NCBI RefSeq assembly: GCF_009914755.1
Contig: NC_060926.1
Length of the DNA stretch: 64,000 nt
Direction: 5' to 3' (one strand)
Origin: the human T2T-CHM13v2.0 reference genome, Homo sapiens
Translations under genes and position numbers: made by a program
The notes under the pieces: model-generated
Database searches by the model: none
What the model was told of the DNA's origin: nothing
What the model saw: only the letters and a program-made list of their open reading frames with translations
Shown: positions 21,079 through 35,704 of the stretch, in pieces
Position numbering within the stretch: position 1 is the stretch's first letter
Layout of the letters: the number at the start of each line of letters is the position of its first letter

Positions 21079-22335
21079 TAACTCCATACCAACTTGTCTA
21101 ATCCAAGTCACCGTTGCTGCAATAGTCTTATTAACTAATCTTAATAAAGTGGTCACAAAGTTCCTGTCAAAATTTAAGTCAGATTGTGTCACTTCTCTGC
21201 TCAAAACCCTAAAATGCTTTCTCATCTCCATCAGAACAAGACCCAAAGTTCTTAAATAGCTTTAAAAGCCTAACATTTCTGGCTACTGTCATTTCTCTGA
21301 CTTTGTTTTCTAATACTCTCCTTCACTCATCCACTTCGTTTTAGCCACATTGACCCCCATTCTACCTGTTGAACACATTTAAAATGTCCCCATTTCAGGA
21401 ACTGGGCTCTTGCTCTTCCTTCTGCCTTAAATGCTTTACTACCCACTTCAAATCTTTGTTCACTCATTCACCTCTTTTGGATCTCCATTGATATGCCATT
21501 TTTATAAAGAGGCCGCTCCAAACTTTCCTATTTGAAATTCTGTACATTCTCATACAGCACATTAGCTACTTCAATACTTTATTTCATTCCCATACAGTTA
21601 TCACCATCTAAAATATTACATAATAATTTACTTATGATTTGTTCATCTTTCTCCACTGAGATATAAAGTACATGAGGACAGTTAGTTTGCCTATCAGTTC
21701 ATTCTCATAACTCATCACCTAAAACAAATTTTTGGTAGATTTGGGCACATGGTAAGTATTTGTTGAATAAAATAAATGAATAAATCTATCCTTGTTTTAT
21801 TATTTAATTTATATGAGATAATATAAAATTTTAAAAACTTTTTCAAACATCGAACATGATTTTTCTCAAAAAATATAAAAATGTGCATTAAATTAGGTTT
21901 TGTTTGTTTTCTATCAATTTCACACATGAGATCAGGCTTCTGAGAAAGTGACACACAGGGGTTGGGAAACACAGGTTGGAAGTTACCCTTTGGGGTAAAC
22001 TTTGGCCAATGAAAGACAGACAACAGGAAAGATCCATCACATCATTTTTTGCACTTCAACTCAATGTTTCTTACACCTTCTCCAAAGATCTTCCATGTGG
22101 CCAAGCTCCAATTTCTGGTGAAGCTGTCAGCATATCTGCAAGATCCCATCTTAGTTTTGCAGTCCCTCCTGCTCTGCCTTACATCCTTCTTTCTTTTACC
22201 ATTGTATCAAATTACATCTTTCAGGAAAGAGTTGGCATATAATTACTCATACTTGATTTCTATAGGGAAAATAGACTACAATACTCTTCTATCCCAGGAC
22301 AGAATTTCTCCAAGTAAAAGAAGTGGTTATTATTA

Positions 22336-22393
22336 GAAAGGAGTATACAATCTAGTTGGTAGATTGGAAAGGAGTCTACAGTCTAGTTAGTAG
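22336..22393. repeat. Diverged tandem duplication (27 bp x2, period 31)
   Basis: gaaaggagtatacaatctagttggtag vs gaaaggagtctacagtctagttagtag, 24/27 identical. Confidence 0.85.
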
Positions 22394-22873
22394 CATAGGA
22401 TACAAAATGTTAAATAATATAGAATCAACAATTAGAGAAAAAAATCCATATTTGAAAAAACAGATAAAAAGAGCAAGATTTTAAAAAAGCAGTATAATTG
22501 TTACAGGTTGAAGTCAACAGGGAATATTGATCTTAAAATATTTAAAGATATGGATTAGAAGACCATAAATTTCAGGAAATTGTAGCCTGAAGAAAATCTT
22601 GGACCAGAGATATGTTACGGGAATTCACCTGCATGAAAGGGAGAGTGAAGACAATGAGAGAAAGGATTTCTTTTGGGTAATAATAAAAAAGCAACTTAGA
22701 ATAGGTAAGGTATATAGGTGGAATGCAAAGGGACTTACTGAGGATAAGTGCTAAAGGTATGATTAAAAAACAGCTAGAATACAAAAGGAAAAGATAAGTA
22801 GATTTTATGGTACAATATGAACCTTTCTCAAAGACTTTCCATAATGTTCTCCTGACTTTACTCTCACTATGGG

Positions 22874-22913
22874 GTGTGTGTGTGTGTGTGTGTATGTATG
22901 TTGTGTTGTGTGT
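22874..22913. repeat. (GT)n microsatellite with degenerate tail
   Basis: Run of about 10 GT units followed by tatg/ttgtg variants. Confidence 0.9.
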
Positions 22914-23511
22914 ATATACACATATTTCTACCAAAATAACATCATTCATTCCTTTGAATTATTTTGTTAGAATACAGTTTAGTCAGAAAATGGATATTTT
23001 AGTAGATGAATAAAATTGGGAAGTATAAGTCTGCAACATGAGTCATTTCTGGAAATGTAAGCTCAGGAGAAAGGATAAAATGAAGGATTCTGTGCAGCCA
23101 TGGAAGCTAATAACAGTCCAGGGACTTGGGAAACAATTGTGCCATGAATGAATGAAGGCCATGGAAAACAATGCCAAGGGATGCAGGAGACTCCATCTGT
23201 CTTACGGTGTAGCCCAGGGGCAAACTTGACATAGAATAAATGTAATAAAAAAAAAACTAGCAGTGAAAATAGATTGCAGGTAATATAAAGGCATATAAAT
23301 AGTAGATAGCATTTCCTCTGTATGCAGTGTAACTCATATACTTTTACTATCTTGTCATAGATTAACAACTTGGCAAAAGCCTACGGTGGACAGTAAAACC
23401 CATGGAGCCAGCAACCATGATTGTTTTATTCATCACTATGTACCAGAACTTGGAACAGCACCTGTCACATAGAATTCAACACCTATTTATTAAATCAATA
23501 GATTGATTATC

Positions 23512-23820
23512 TCAGAGGCTCGCAAATTTTCTCAGTTCTCAGTAGTTTAGGATCCCAATAATTTTTCATGGCCTCCTTTAACAAAAAGAAATAACTAACA
23601 GTTTATTAAATAACAAAACGCCAAAAGGCTCTACCTCTTAATAGCATCACCTTAGTGGTTGGAATTTCAACATACGAATTTGTGGATGATACAAATATGC
23701 AGTCTGTAGCACTTTTCAAACTAGTAGTTCTCTTGATGTCCAACAGATATTGCTAAGTTTCCCTAGCAATTTAATGTATCTCTCAGTGTTCCTGACAGTT
23801 GTTACTCGGGAACCTCAGGA
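23512..23820 (+). mobile_element. hAT-Charlie (MER119-like) remnant interrupted by a MaLR LTR end (~23620-23711, minus)
   Basis: aaattttctcagttc...aaaaagaaataactaacagt; the internal ctcttaatagcatcacctt...tttcaacatacgaattt...gtctgtagca is MLT1/MST-like. Confidence 0.55.
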
Positions 23821-26029
23821 TTAATTTAAAATAAATGAAAAGTTGTCCATTAAGTTTTTAATTTCAGAATTTTTACATAGAAAAAAACACTTTTACATCT
23901 TCACTATAGAACAAAAAAGGTGCTAACAAAATTGTAAAAATTAGGACATATACCCTGAGTGATATTACTGTTATTAATTACATAAGTTTTAAAAGCTATT
24001 TCCCATAATAACAATTAATTGACCAATTCCAAATTTGTCAATTTTATTCATCAGACTTACAAACAGACTAAATATAACTTTAAAACAAGGTAAGGGCAGA
24101 TTTTAGATATATAAAGGCTGAGGCTGCTATTCTGTGACATAATACAGAAACAATACAGTTTTCAACATTTCTGTCATCAAATAACATAGATTAGCTTTCA
24201 AAAGCAAAACAAGCTACACTGGCCTTCTTTAACTTCCAATGTTTTTAAAAGTGTTATTATTTTTCTTATATATTGCATACAAGATAAATAATTGATTTTA
24301 TGTTACTGGTTTCAGTGTCATTGTGTAGTATGTCTCCAAGGAGTGAGCAATTTACAATCCTGACTGTTCTCAGCTAAGCTGCGGCTAACCAAACAGCAGC
24401 AGAGGATAGGAAAGTGCTTTTAACAATAGCACAAACATGTCTACACTTCAGCATAGAGTTTTAGTGATATACTTCTTAGGTACTCAGGGTAACAATTTTC
24501 CACAGATCATAGTTTTAAATAATGTCAAGTCAATTTTCTAGCATTATTCAGACAAAACCAATAAATTGTAAGATAGCATAGAAGGATGGATAAAATTGAG
24601 AGAGAATTATAGTAAAAACATAAAAGCTAGTTTTTATATAGATTGACACCCTAGTTTATTGTAAATAAATTCTTAGTTATTTCTATTGTCGACCATACAG
24701 TATTGAAAACAGCCGTGGCTGTTTAATTCTACTCAATGGCTTAGTAATAACCAGTCTATAAATGTAATGTGAAAATTATCTACTGTCCTCTGATTCTGAC
24801 TAAAAATATAATCAGGTTTACAATTATAATCATATGTGAATGAATCCAAGTCTGAGAAAGACTTTAGCCCAGTTCAAGTATTCCTCTTTATTTCTGGAAC
24901 CTTTAAAGATACATTGCATCAAAGCACAAAACCTGTCTGTCAGCTGGAGCCATTATAAGTGGGACAGATTTTCTCTCTTGCACACTGTTCAACCAATAGA
25001 CATCCAATGTGGGAAGATATTGAAGATTCGCATGGTTATTACTGGTTTCATTGTACCCACATTACTTTGCGGATGAGGTCTTCCTTGAGCAGAGTAAAAT
25101 AAATCATTGACTTACTATAATACTTCGGTAAAGAAAACCATAAGATAATGGGTATCTCCTGTTATGGTGTTCACCTGAAAACACTGAAATACTTTCTGCC
25201 TTTTTGGGGTTTTTATTATTGATCTAAAAGTTTTGTTTCCCTTTGCAAGATTTTTAAAAATCATTTTTTATCATTTTCCAACACATATCTCCCCAGGCAT
25301 TAGTTATCCATGATTTCCAATATATCATGTTATCCTTGGAGATACTTTCCAAATATATATTTCCATTATGATGTTTTTGCTCCTATGTTTGTTTATGCTT
25401 GATCACCTACAATGTCAGTCTTCTCCACTGGGCATCACCTAACAATGATGCTTTCAACAGCAGAGGTATTTCTTTAGTTTAGGTTTCACATTATGCATTA
25501 TGAATTAGAGGTAGATTTTTGTTTGTTTCATTTTGTTTGGTTCTGTTTTAATATAGCCTTGTACTGAATCACACTAAATGGCATCTATGGTTGAGGCTTC
25601 AGGATCGGGTCTCGGTTGACAATACTTATCAATGTTAACATATATGTTAGAATTAAGGTCAAATTGTGATTTTTTTTCAGAAGCTCATAAAATACAAGTC
25701 CGTTTTAAAATAATTTATTTGTAATTTAAATATCAGGACAAATTATATTAATTTTCAAATCCCTACTATGATTTTTCACAGCAAGCTACTTGTCTATTTT
25801 CTTTGGACCAGTGAGCTAGCTGGAAATATATTCTCCCAGCAATGGTAGAGGCACAAGAGGGCACACTCAAATACAAAAGCATATTAAGCATTGACCAAAG
25901 GCATTTTTCACTTTCCCATTCACTTTCTTGAGGCCAAGTTGTGGAAAATTTTACTGCCCCATGAAAAGTTTGGGGGGAGTAAATGAACTATTTTTGAACA
26001 ATAATATAATCAAGTGAAAGTGCTATTAT

Positions 26030-26300
26030 ATATTCCATTTGAGCCAGGACGGTAGCTTGGAATAGGTGATAGTGATGAACATGGAAAGAACTGTAAAGCT
26101 GCTGATATTTAGAGAGTGATATAGATAGGATTAGGGATGGCTATGATGACTCTGGGAGAAGGTTTGTTGAGAAGGTGCCAAGTAATATTCCTGGGATATA
26201 ACTTGAATAATTTGATTGCCTTGTTTGGGCCTTCACAGAGCGAATAGTGGAAAAGATGAGGCTGGTTTTATGGGTGGGGGTGCAAGGTTATAAATAACTG
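26030..26300 (-). mobile_element. L2 fragment
   Basis: ggtagcttggaataggtgatagtgatgaacatggaaagaa is an antisense L2 motif. Confidence 0.55.
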
Positions 26301-26400
26301 TCATTATTTTAATGATTTTTATCACTATTATTGTTGTTATTACCAATTTGAAAAATTGATGAGAGGATACGGCCTTCAGTGCTATATTTCCCATGCTTGG

Positions 26401-26758
26401 CGCAAAAACTGAATTTTTATGTCCCCCTAAAATTTATACATTGAAGCCTAATCCCAAGTGATGGTGTTTGGAGGTGGCCTCTAGGAGGTGATTGGGTCAT
26501 GAAGGTGGAGCCCTCATAAATGGGATTAGTGCCCTATAACAGAAACCCCACAGAGCTTCCTCACCCCTTCTGCTAAGTGAGGACACAGTGAGAAGATGGT
26601 CATCTGTGAACCAGGAAGTGGGCCCTCATCAGACACTGAATCTGCCAATGCCTTCATCATAGACTTTCTACCCTCCAGAACTGTGAGAAATAAATGTTTG
26701 TTGTTAAGCCACCCGATCTGTGATATTTGTGTTATAGCAGCCCAAACAGACTAAGACA
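26401..26758 (+). mobile_element. MLT1A-type MaLR solo LTR
   Basis: Typical body and end agcagcccaaacagactaagaca; perfect 5-bp TSD cttgg (26396-26400 / 26759-26763). Confidence 0.93.
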
Positions 26759-27086
26759 CTTGGGCATGAATCTATTTAAGGATCCTAAAATCACTCAGCT
26801 ATGTCCAGGGCTACCATTTCTTTCCTCCAACCAACAGTACCTATAGTATTGTTCATCCACCCTTCCTTCCCATCTTTGTATTGCTATGGTCACCCACCAG
26901 TAAAAATTACTGCACCTATTTACCATGTAGAATTGACTTAGATCCCATTCTCACCTTCTGTTATAAAATTTTATGTGTATATGTGGACATAAACACATAT
27001 ATGTATTTTTGAGTTAATTGTCCTAGTTTTTGTACTGGGGACATACTTTCATTATCATCCTCTAATTAATACTTTCAGATTAGTAA

Positions 27087-27434
<348 letters not shown>

Positions 27435-27944
27435 CAACTCCAGGTTTTAATTTTCAAAAATATGTTGTTTCCAATATTTCTGCCTAGGTTCATCAATTGC
27501 ATCCATAAAGCAAGTATTACAGCATCTCCCATACCAAACCCAGACATTGAGATACTCTTTCCCACACTGACCTCAGCACCCTGGAGTCCTACTTGTTCAG
27601 GAGGTAGAATTGAGAAAAAAATTTATATAGATTTAAATTTTGTATTTTTAAATGCATCCAAATTGTTGCCATTTTGACAAAAGCCTACAACATTAAATAG
27701 TGTGAACTGCCTTTTGGTAAAATATGAAAATATAGAACGTTTTTACTATGATAATAGTAAACTATTATTACTATGATAATTGTTATATTCAACCTAGAAA
27801 TCAAAATGAGGCTTAAAAAACAGGATCAAGAAAATATGGCTTGTTTCCACTTAAAATGTTGTTACTACTGCAGTACTTAAATTGCCCTTACATATATTAA
27901 TGGTCTGTACCATTTAGCTCAATACGAGTTCAAGTGCATCTAGA

Positions 27945-27978
<34 letters not shown>
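27945..27978. repeat. Compound microsatellite (TC)8(AC)9
   Basis: Direct reading. Confidence 0.95.
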
Positions 27979-27979
<1 letters not shown>

Positions 27980-29559
27980 AATGCAGACTTGTGCATACAC
28001 ATTCAATTTTTGACAAATTATTTAGCATTTTCAGCACAGCTGCACGGTGTATTTATTAATTGCCTGTAAAATCAGCATAATATGTTCAGTAAGTGCCAGC
28101 TTGGTGTATATTGTACATAATCACACATTTGAGCCACACAGTTGTTTATGTCACTTTATAATCATGCTAATAATTACCAGATAACTAAATTATTCCACAA
28201 ACTATAAATGTTATATTTAATTAGCTCAATTTTTGCATGTTGCCATGGAGATTAAATTGCTAACTCAATCCATAAATTCATTTCTTTTATAATTTCCATC
28301 TGTATCAATAAGAATGTGGAATGAATTAACAAAACTGGGAAGCATGTGCAAACAAGTTAGCATTTTCTTGATATGTTTTCTATTCACATAGCTTCTATAG
28401 GATACCGTGAAAATTTATCAGGTTCTCTCTAACATCTTCAAAGCATTCCTGAGTGCTGAAAATTAAAGGAAGAGGAATAAAATAAATCTTTCGTAAGATA
28501 CAATTTCCACCTTCTGTCAGGAACTAACTAACTGATTAGAAAACTCTTTATAGGTTAAACCAACCATTACATTTTTATGATTCTGTGTATTTCTAAACAT
28601 AAAAAATAAAGCTTTCTCACTATAATCTATCCCCATACAGTAAATATTACCATGGTCCATAACAAGTCTGTGTAACAATTTATCATATATGTTTTTTGTT
28701 TTTTTGTTTACAGTATCTTTTTATGGTGCTGAAAATTTCCTTAAGAATATTTCTTCATCCAAAATTGTTTAAATCTTAAAAGTATCTTGTGATAAACACT
28801 GCATATGTGCCAATATTTTGCATAAAACAGCCAGCATTCATCTTACAAATTTTGAATATAAGAATTTGATTTGATTAAAATGAATTGCTCTTCTATTAGG
28901 TAGCAGGTATTGGAAGTATAAAAAAACACATGGAGTCAAGATCACTTGAAGATTCTGATTGTACTGAGAAATTTAAAATACATAAAACATAATAAAATCT
29001 TGAAATTTTGTATATACAAATATAATGTGTAAGTATCGTTCTGGAGTGACAATATCCCCCAAGGTTTTTGGGCTTATCTGCCCACTATATATTTGGGAAG
29101 AGATTCACACTAAAATATCCCAGTTCATTCCAGGTTTATTTATAAATAGGGAAAGTCTAAGACACTAGAAATGCTCAAACTTTGATTGGACTAGATATAC
29201 ATAAATGCTATCTATTGATTCATTCATAAATATTCATTTCTGCAACTGTTGATTCAACATGAATTTAGAAAATGCCCAGTAAAATAATAACATAGTTGTT
29301 ACAATGTTACTATCACTTTTATAGCATAGTGCTCCAGGTTTCAGCAAATGTTGGGGAGAAGACATTAAGTGAATGCAAGAAACTGTAGTGGGAGATAGAA
29401 TGTTATTAACGTCATAATATAAACAAGGAACTAAAAAACTCAAAAGAGGAGAAATTTAAATTATTTAAACCCCCTGGAAAGACAAAGTTTCTTCTTTGTA
29501 AAACTGAGCACTCTATATAATAATATGTAATTAAATATCAAAACATATGGCCAAATAAT

Positions 29560-30225
29560 TCCAGATAACATTAAATCTTCCCTGGAGTACTGATAAAGTC
29601 TACCACCTGGTTGTATTGCTTCTAGTCTGCTCCTTCCAAAGACAAACTCTAGACAGAAATTGGAGACATTTTTCTAGCACAAATTGTGTATACTGTCTTT
29701 CTGCTTCTATTTTCCAAGTTTTCTCTAGAATTAACTCTAACACCATTAATATGGCATGAAAATAAATTCTGAATGACATCTTTGCTTAGCTCTCTGTTTT
29801 CCTATTTTAGCACTTTCTCTTTACCCTTTATCAATATCACCTATATGGAATTTTAGTTTAGGTCTCAGATACATCTTTTATTTAGCTTCTGGGTCTCTAC
29901 ATTTATTATCTCTTCTTTCTAAAAATATTTTCTTCCTTTTTGTGGATAGATTCTAGTGAAGCCACTTGTCATTGATTAGGAATCACTCCTTAAGAAAATG
30001 TTCCCCACGACTTAAAATTGTATTAGGTGCCCTTCCTGTGTCTTTATGTAGTACTGTGCTTTGCCCATGACAGTATAGATCATAATTAATTTTCTTTCTT
30101 TGTCTATTTTCTCTGTAAGACCGTAATTTCTTTGAGGGCTTGAATTTCTCAGCCCTAGTGTTATGTTTCTCACAGTCTTAGATAATAAGTAAATACATAG
30201 TAGTATTCATTATTCAAGAAATCTT
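29560..30225 (+). mobile_element. L2 fragment
   Basis: ttcttcctgtgt-like body, gtaatttctttgagggc and terminal acatagtagtattcattatt are L2 3' motifs. Confidence 0.55.
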
Positions 30226-31989
30226 AAAATAAAATAAAAATTAACATAACTTCCTTCACTAAAGATTCCTGGGTCTAAAACCTAAATCTTTAATGTAAAT
30301 GTCATCTTCTATGCTCATGAACCTTATCTAGTCTCAATTATCTAATCCATGTATAAGACTAAAATATGAAGGGAAATGATAGACAATGCAGATTATAATT
30401 AATTTTGCATCTAATCAATACATAACTAAGTTAGCAATTGTTCATAGAAAAGTAAGCTTACCATTAAAATTCAAAAATCAGGATACTAACAAGATTCTTC
30501 TTTATTTCATTTGTATTTTAGATTAAACTAGGAAAAGATAAGCAAATTAGCAAGGAAATAAGATATTAAAGCACTGTGACAGAGAAAATAATTTTTAAGA
30601 GTTATTTTGCCAATAAAAATATCAGTTAAAATTGTTTAATACTATTGAAAGTTATCTTTATATATATTCATACATATATATATACACACACATTATAGCA
30701 ATGCTGATTAATACTTGTTATTCATATTATGGATCTAATAAATTCCCAATCCTAAATTTTTCCCTACCAATCTTTACCCCTCTTCAGATACTATTTTCTT
30801 CATTGTTTACTAAAAAATCCAACAAACTGCCAAATGTTTCTGGAGGCTTCTCTGTGGTGTGGGAAGACAGTCACTCTCTCAGCCAGCCCTGCAACTTTGA
30901 TATTGATGCATCTCTCCCGGGGCTGCAGTGAAGATAAATTACCAGTTGTCATTTTTCTAAAGTATGCCTTTTAGCTCTTCAGACTATAGTAAATGAATAA
31001 AATGACTTAAAATAGTAATAAATTGGGGTTTATCATCAATGCCATCCCTGCAGTGGCATGTCAATATCAAAGGGCACACTAGCAAAGAAAACCACTAATA
31101 CTAAATTTCAAGCTGAGATACATCTTGCCTAACAACCGAGAGAGAAAAAAAATCAAGCCTCGTGAGGGAAATAGCAAGTGATCGCAGGAAAATTAAGAAG
31201 TGAAAGAGAACACTTAAAGATGTACGAAAAGGCAAATTTGGTCTAAATTTTAGGCCAGAGAGGACTTTTCAAGTACACCTGACAATTCAGGTGCTTAGAT
31301 TGCAATAAGAGTTCTCAGTATGAATCCAATTTGTGCAAATTTATATCTGTTGCATAGTTGGTTCTCAATAAATACTGCTGTAATAGTTCAGATAAATCTG
31401 GATTTCTATCATGGATCTATCTAGCGAAAGGATTTGGTGTCCTCTTTGGAAAGAAGCCATGCTAAATGATAAAAGCAGAAAGTTTGAGTGTCATATAATG
31501 GCATTTATTGAATTATTGGAGGCCAAATTTATGAACGTATATCTGATTCCTGAGTAAGAGGAGCTGTACATAGAAACAGAAAGGGCTATTTCACTAAAAA
31601 CTCTGTGACATCTGGGACATAGGAAACACTTCTTTGGGTCTAATGTAAAGCAAGTGAAGTGAGAGAGAGAAATTATTCTCACGTTAGTGCTAAGACTGTA
31701 TAGTTCTTCTGTTTCAAGAGCACCAGAGTGGAGAATGCAAGTTTGGTACGTATCAGAGAGATGCAGTAACTTCTATTGAAAAACTTAAGTCACATGAGTT
31801 TCTCTTTATGGTAGGAGACCATATTCTCCATACGGATAACTAGTATTACGTGCATTGATCAATTAAGAGTAACAGTGTCTGACACATAGTAAAAGCTCAA
31901 TAAATAACAGCACCATATCTTTTCTTCTATTTACCTGTACTCCTTTGATGATTTTATTACTTCTCGTAACTTTAAACCTGTAACCCTGT

Positions 31990-32960
31990 GACTCAGGATA
32001 TATTTTGAAGGTAAAATTAACAGGAATTGCCTGGACTGGTTATAGAGGGTGGTGAAAAGGGAGAAGTTAAATATGACTCCAAAGATTTTTGTCTGACCAA
32101 AAGAAATAATTGAATACCTATTTACTAAAATGAAAAAAAAAAAAGCCTGCTGTTGATAAGGTTTTGAGGTGAAAGCAAGATTTCAGGTTGGAATGTATTG
32201 TGTGACATGGTTTTTAGTCAATCAAGTATTATAAAGTCAAGCTGAATCGAGTTGAAAATAGCAGTCAGTGCTAGATATAAATTTGGAAGTCATCAAATAT
32301 GAGAATTAATAAGATCACCAAAAAAAGATGTGTTGACAGAAAAGAAGAAAAGTTCCCAAAATCTGAGCACTAGGACATTTAAAGTTTTAGAGGTCTGAGA
32401 GGTGAGAAGGGATCAGCAAAAGTGAATTCTCACAGTGATGTTAAAAATAAAATAAAATAAAGGAGAATGCATTACAGTAAAAGCCAAGTTGAAGAAAGTG
32501 ATCAACCTCTGACAAATGCTGCTCATCTATGAAGATGATTTCTCAGAATCAGTCATTGAAGCCAGCAAGGTGAAAAATCACTGGTGACACTGGTAAGTCA
32601 TGGCTGGCTAGCCTATACTGTAGCTTTGTGAAAATTAGGGGGAAAAATTCTATTTCCACTGGGTAGATAAAGACCCACATCAGGGTGCATGGTAAAGCAC
32701 AAGCTAGATTTCATCTTCCATTTGCTACATACACTCGAGTAGTGAGAATATGCAGAATGAGCTACATCCATGTAGATAAAAATGATTTCAGTGATGTTGT
32801 GGATCTGAGAAAATTATTAGGGTAGATTGAAGAGATAATATGATGAGATAAATTAGAAACATAAATGTGGAATAATTATGGAAAAGAAAATTTTGCTATT
32901 AAAAGAGAGAAATAGAGTAGTAGTTGGTGAAGTAGAGGTATCAAGTGAAGATTTTATTTT
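31990..32960 (-). mobile_element. L2 fragment
   Basis: ggatatattttgaaggtaaaattaacagga...atgactccaaagatttttg...gctagatataaatttggaagtcatca is antisense L2. Confidence 0.8.
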
Positions 32961-32974
32961 TAAAATTATAGCAG

Positions 32975-33640
32975 ATGTTGCCAGTGTCCTATTCACATAG
33001 CTGCAAACTCATTTTTGTTGTACACACTGGCAGTTTCCTATTGCAACTCTATCTTCTTCGCTAACTGCAGGAGCATGCACAGTCAGGTAGGATGGGCTGG
33101 AGAATATGCCTCAGCAGGTATTACTCAACCAAGGTGGGTGGAATGGGTAAGTACCCTCATGTCCTAAATTATTTTTATGGCTAATGTCCAAACTCATCAA
33201 TCTTCTTAGATTGTGTTAAAAATAATCTATTATGTTGTGTAGCAGAGCAAATCAATGCATCTTGTGGTAACTGGAATGTACATCTTCTCCCAGTAAATAA
33301 TTTTTTTCTTCATTCCAATATCATAGAACACCACAAATAGTTTGCTTACATTTGGCAAACACAGTACATTATTCTGCCTCAAGGACACATCAGATTTTGC
33401 CTTGTATCTTATTTAGTTTGTAAGGATTAGGCTCCTCACCAACACATTGAATATTTTGATGCAATCACCACTGGAACTTGGAGAGTGGGAAGTAGCAAGC
33501 ACCTTGGATGCCTTGGGAGTACTCATGGTTGGAAGATAAATCCTGTCATAAAAGAGGTACCTTTCATCTCAGTGATTTTTCTGTGAAAATAGTATTCTGA
33601 GACAGGCTGAAAAAAAATTCCCATAAAAGGAACATCCCTA
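32975..33640 (+). mobile_element. ERVL remnant: LTR16/33-like piece plus degraded pol (RT) fragment at ~33230-33640
   Basis: gagcaaatcaatgcatcttgtggtaactgg...ctgcctcaagg...gaagtagcaagcaccttggatgccttgg...gataaatcc resembles ERVL RT coding DNA; no intact frame. Confidence 0.65.
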
Positions 33641-35399
33641 AATGATGCAAAACTGTAAATTCAATCTATTTAATTATGCATTTTTACTAATACACATACA
33701 AGTGTTGTGGCATTGTAAAGTGTATTATTAATGACACAATATGCAATAGTATAAATTAAACACAAATACCTTGACAATTTCAAAGCCATAATTTTATTTT
33801 ATACTTCAGTAAAATGGATTAGGAAAAATGGATGTTTTAAAAGTATACACACATAGCCAGGGACAAACATACACTCAAAGATTATATGTTACATTAACAA
33901 CAAATAAGAGTTGTTTTTTTCTCCAAAACACAGATGTCAGGAGTTTAAAATATTGAATTCACATGTTACTAAACAAAATATAAATGTTTAATGCTAATTA
34001 AAATAGCATTGTTTATGTGAAGAAACTAAGCACTTCTTTCTCTTTTTAAATCATTATTACCCAATTCATTTAAAATGTAGTTTATAAACAACCATGTCTA
34101 TGGCATAAGCAGCATCAGGAATTAGGAAACCACTTTTAAATATGAATACTAAATACAATATTTCTGAAAACTGTAAATTCTTAACTTTGATTTTATACTT
34201 ATAAATTTTTATCCTCATTTGTTATATTTAGTGAATTTTTATCTGATTGTTCTCTCTGGCCCTGGGAGACTGAACTGTATTTACTTCATCAAATAATTAA
34301 AAACATAATTATTCATTGAGTTAGAAATATAAAAACATTAGCAAAATATCTGAAGGAGTATTTTTGTCCTTAAGGTTTCATATTTACACAATTTAAATTA
34401 TTGCTAGTAATTTGCCTCTAATAAGCTGGACTCTACTTTTCAGAAAGATTATTTAACAAAGTTTTGAATTATAAGTAATATGTTTTACATATGAAAATAT
34501 ATGGCAGATCTGAGAACAAGTAAAATAAGAAAATATAACAGTATTTATATCATATAAAGAGATAATATCTAATATTATATACCTATGTATGTTGTATATA
34601 AATGTAAACAAATGTTATAATTTATGGTACAAAATCTGTGGGCTTGCACTGCAAAATTAGGAGATAGGTGTTAATTAGTATTATTTTCCTCTTCTACCTT
34701 ATTAGTTTCAAAAGAGACATACTTTTCACCTTGTCAATTTGAACATACTTGTATCACCTTTGGGCTGGATAAATAATTAATGATGAGTAGATCATTTTTC
34801 TTAAAATGTTGTTTATGATATCTTTATTGTTTCAAATTTGGGGAATTTAATTATTTTACACGCAAAATAACATACTTCTACTAAAAGTATGTGTTGAACA
34901 TGAAAGGCCCTGAAAAAAAGAGCTTTTCAATTCGTATCTAACAATATGTTTCACTCATCTTTATTATAAGAAAAAATTTTCCAATTTAATTTAATATGTA
35001 ACTGAGGATACCTTTTAGTTTGATGAAATTAAGCAAAATGCATAAGCAGCTAAGACTTAACAACTTGAAATAAATTTAGGTAATATTCCAGGAGGCTATA
35101 CTCTTCCAGTTACATCTTCCTAAATGTGAGTGGATAGGAAAACCTCAGTAATGTCCCCTTATATTTTAATTAAGTTTTTATTGTCCCCATAGAAGCTAAA
35201 AACATAGGCTGATTGTTATTAGTAATCAAATTTTGGCTATAAAGATATGAGTAAAAATATTTCAGGCCTCTGCAAATTTAGAATAACATAATTCATCACC
35301 AAAATGGAGTGATTCTTCTGGGATCAACATGTATGCATCTACTCAGATTATCAGTTTCTGTATGCCATATTTTGACCCTGCCTATTGTTTAAAAGTTCC

Positions 35400-35545
35400 T
35401 AGGTGTTGGAGTAAGAATGAGGCCTGAGTTTTCATCTTTATTTTTCTTCATAACAGCCATGGAAAGGGCCTAAATCCTCCAAACCTTAATTTACTTATCT
35501 GTAAAAGTGGAATAATTGTATCTTTTTTGACAACACATTCTATTG
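35400..35545 (+). mobile_element. MIR fragment
   Basis: ccttaatttacttatctgtaaaagtggaataat is the MIR core. Confidence 0.65.
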
Positions 35546-35704
35546 GTAAGATACTCTCATACATTTTCATGTAGGGAAAATTAGCAATGTCTAAATAAAT
35601 TACATCTGCATTTGTCCTTTGATCCAGCAATCTCACTTGGAGACATTTATCCCTAAGATGGAGATCAGCAAATACTAATCAACAAATGCAAAAATATATA
35701 TGGA

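Noticed and set aside
22572-23368. 125-aa and 101-aa minus-strand ORFs
   Set aside because: Low-complexity F/L/I-rich composition, one crosses a (CA)n repeat, no recognisable domain; expected by chance.
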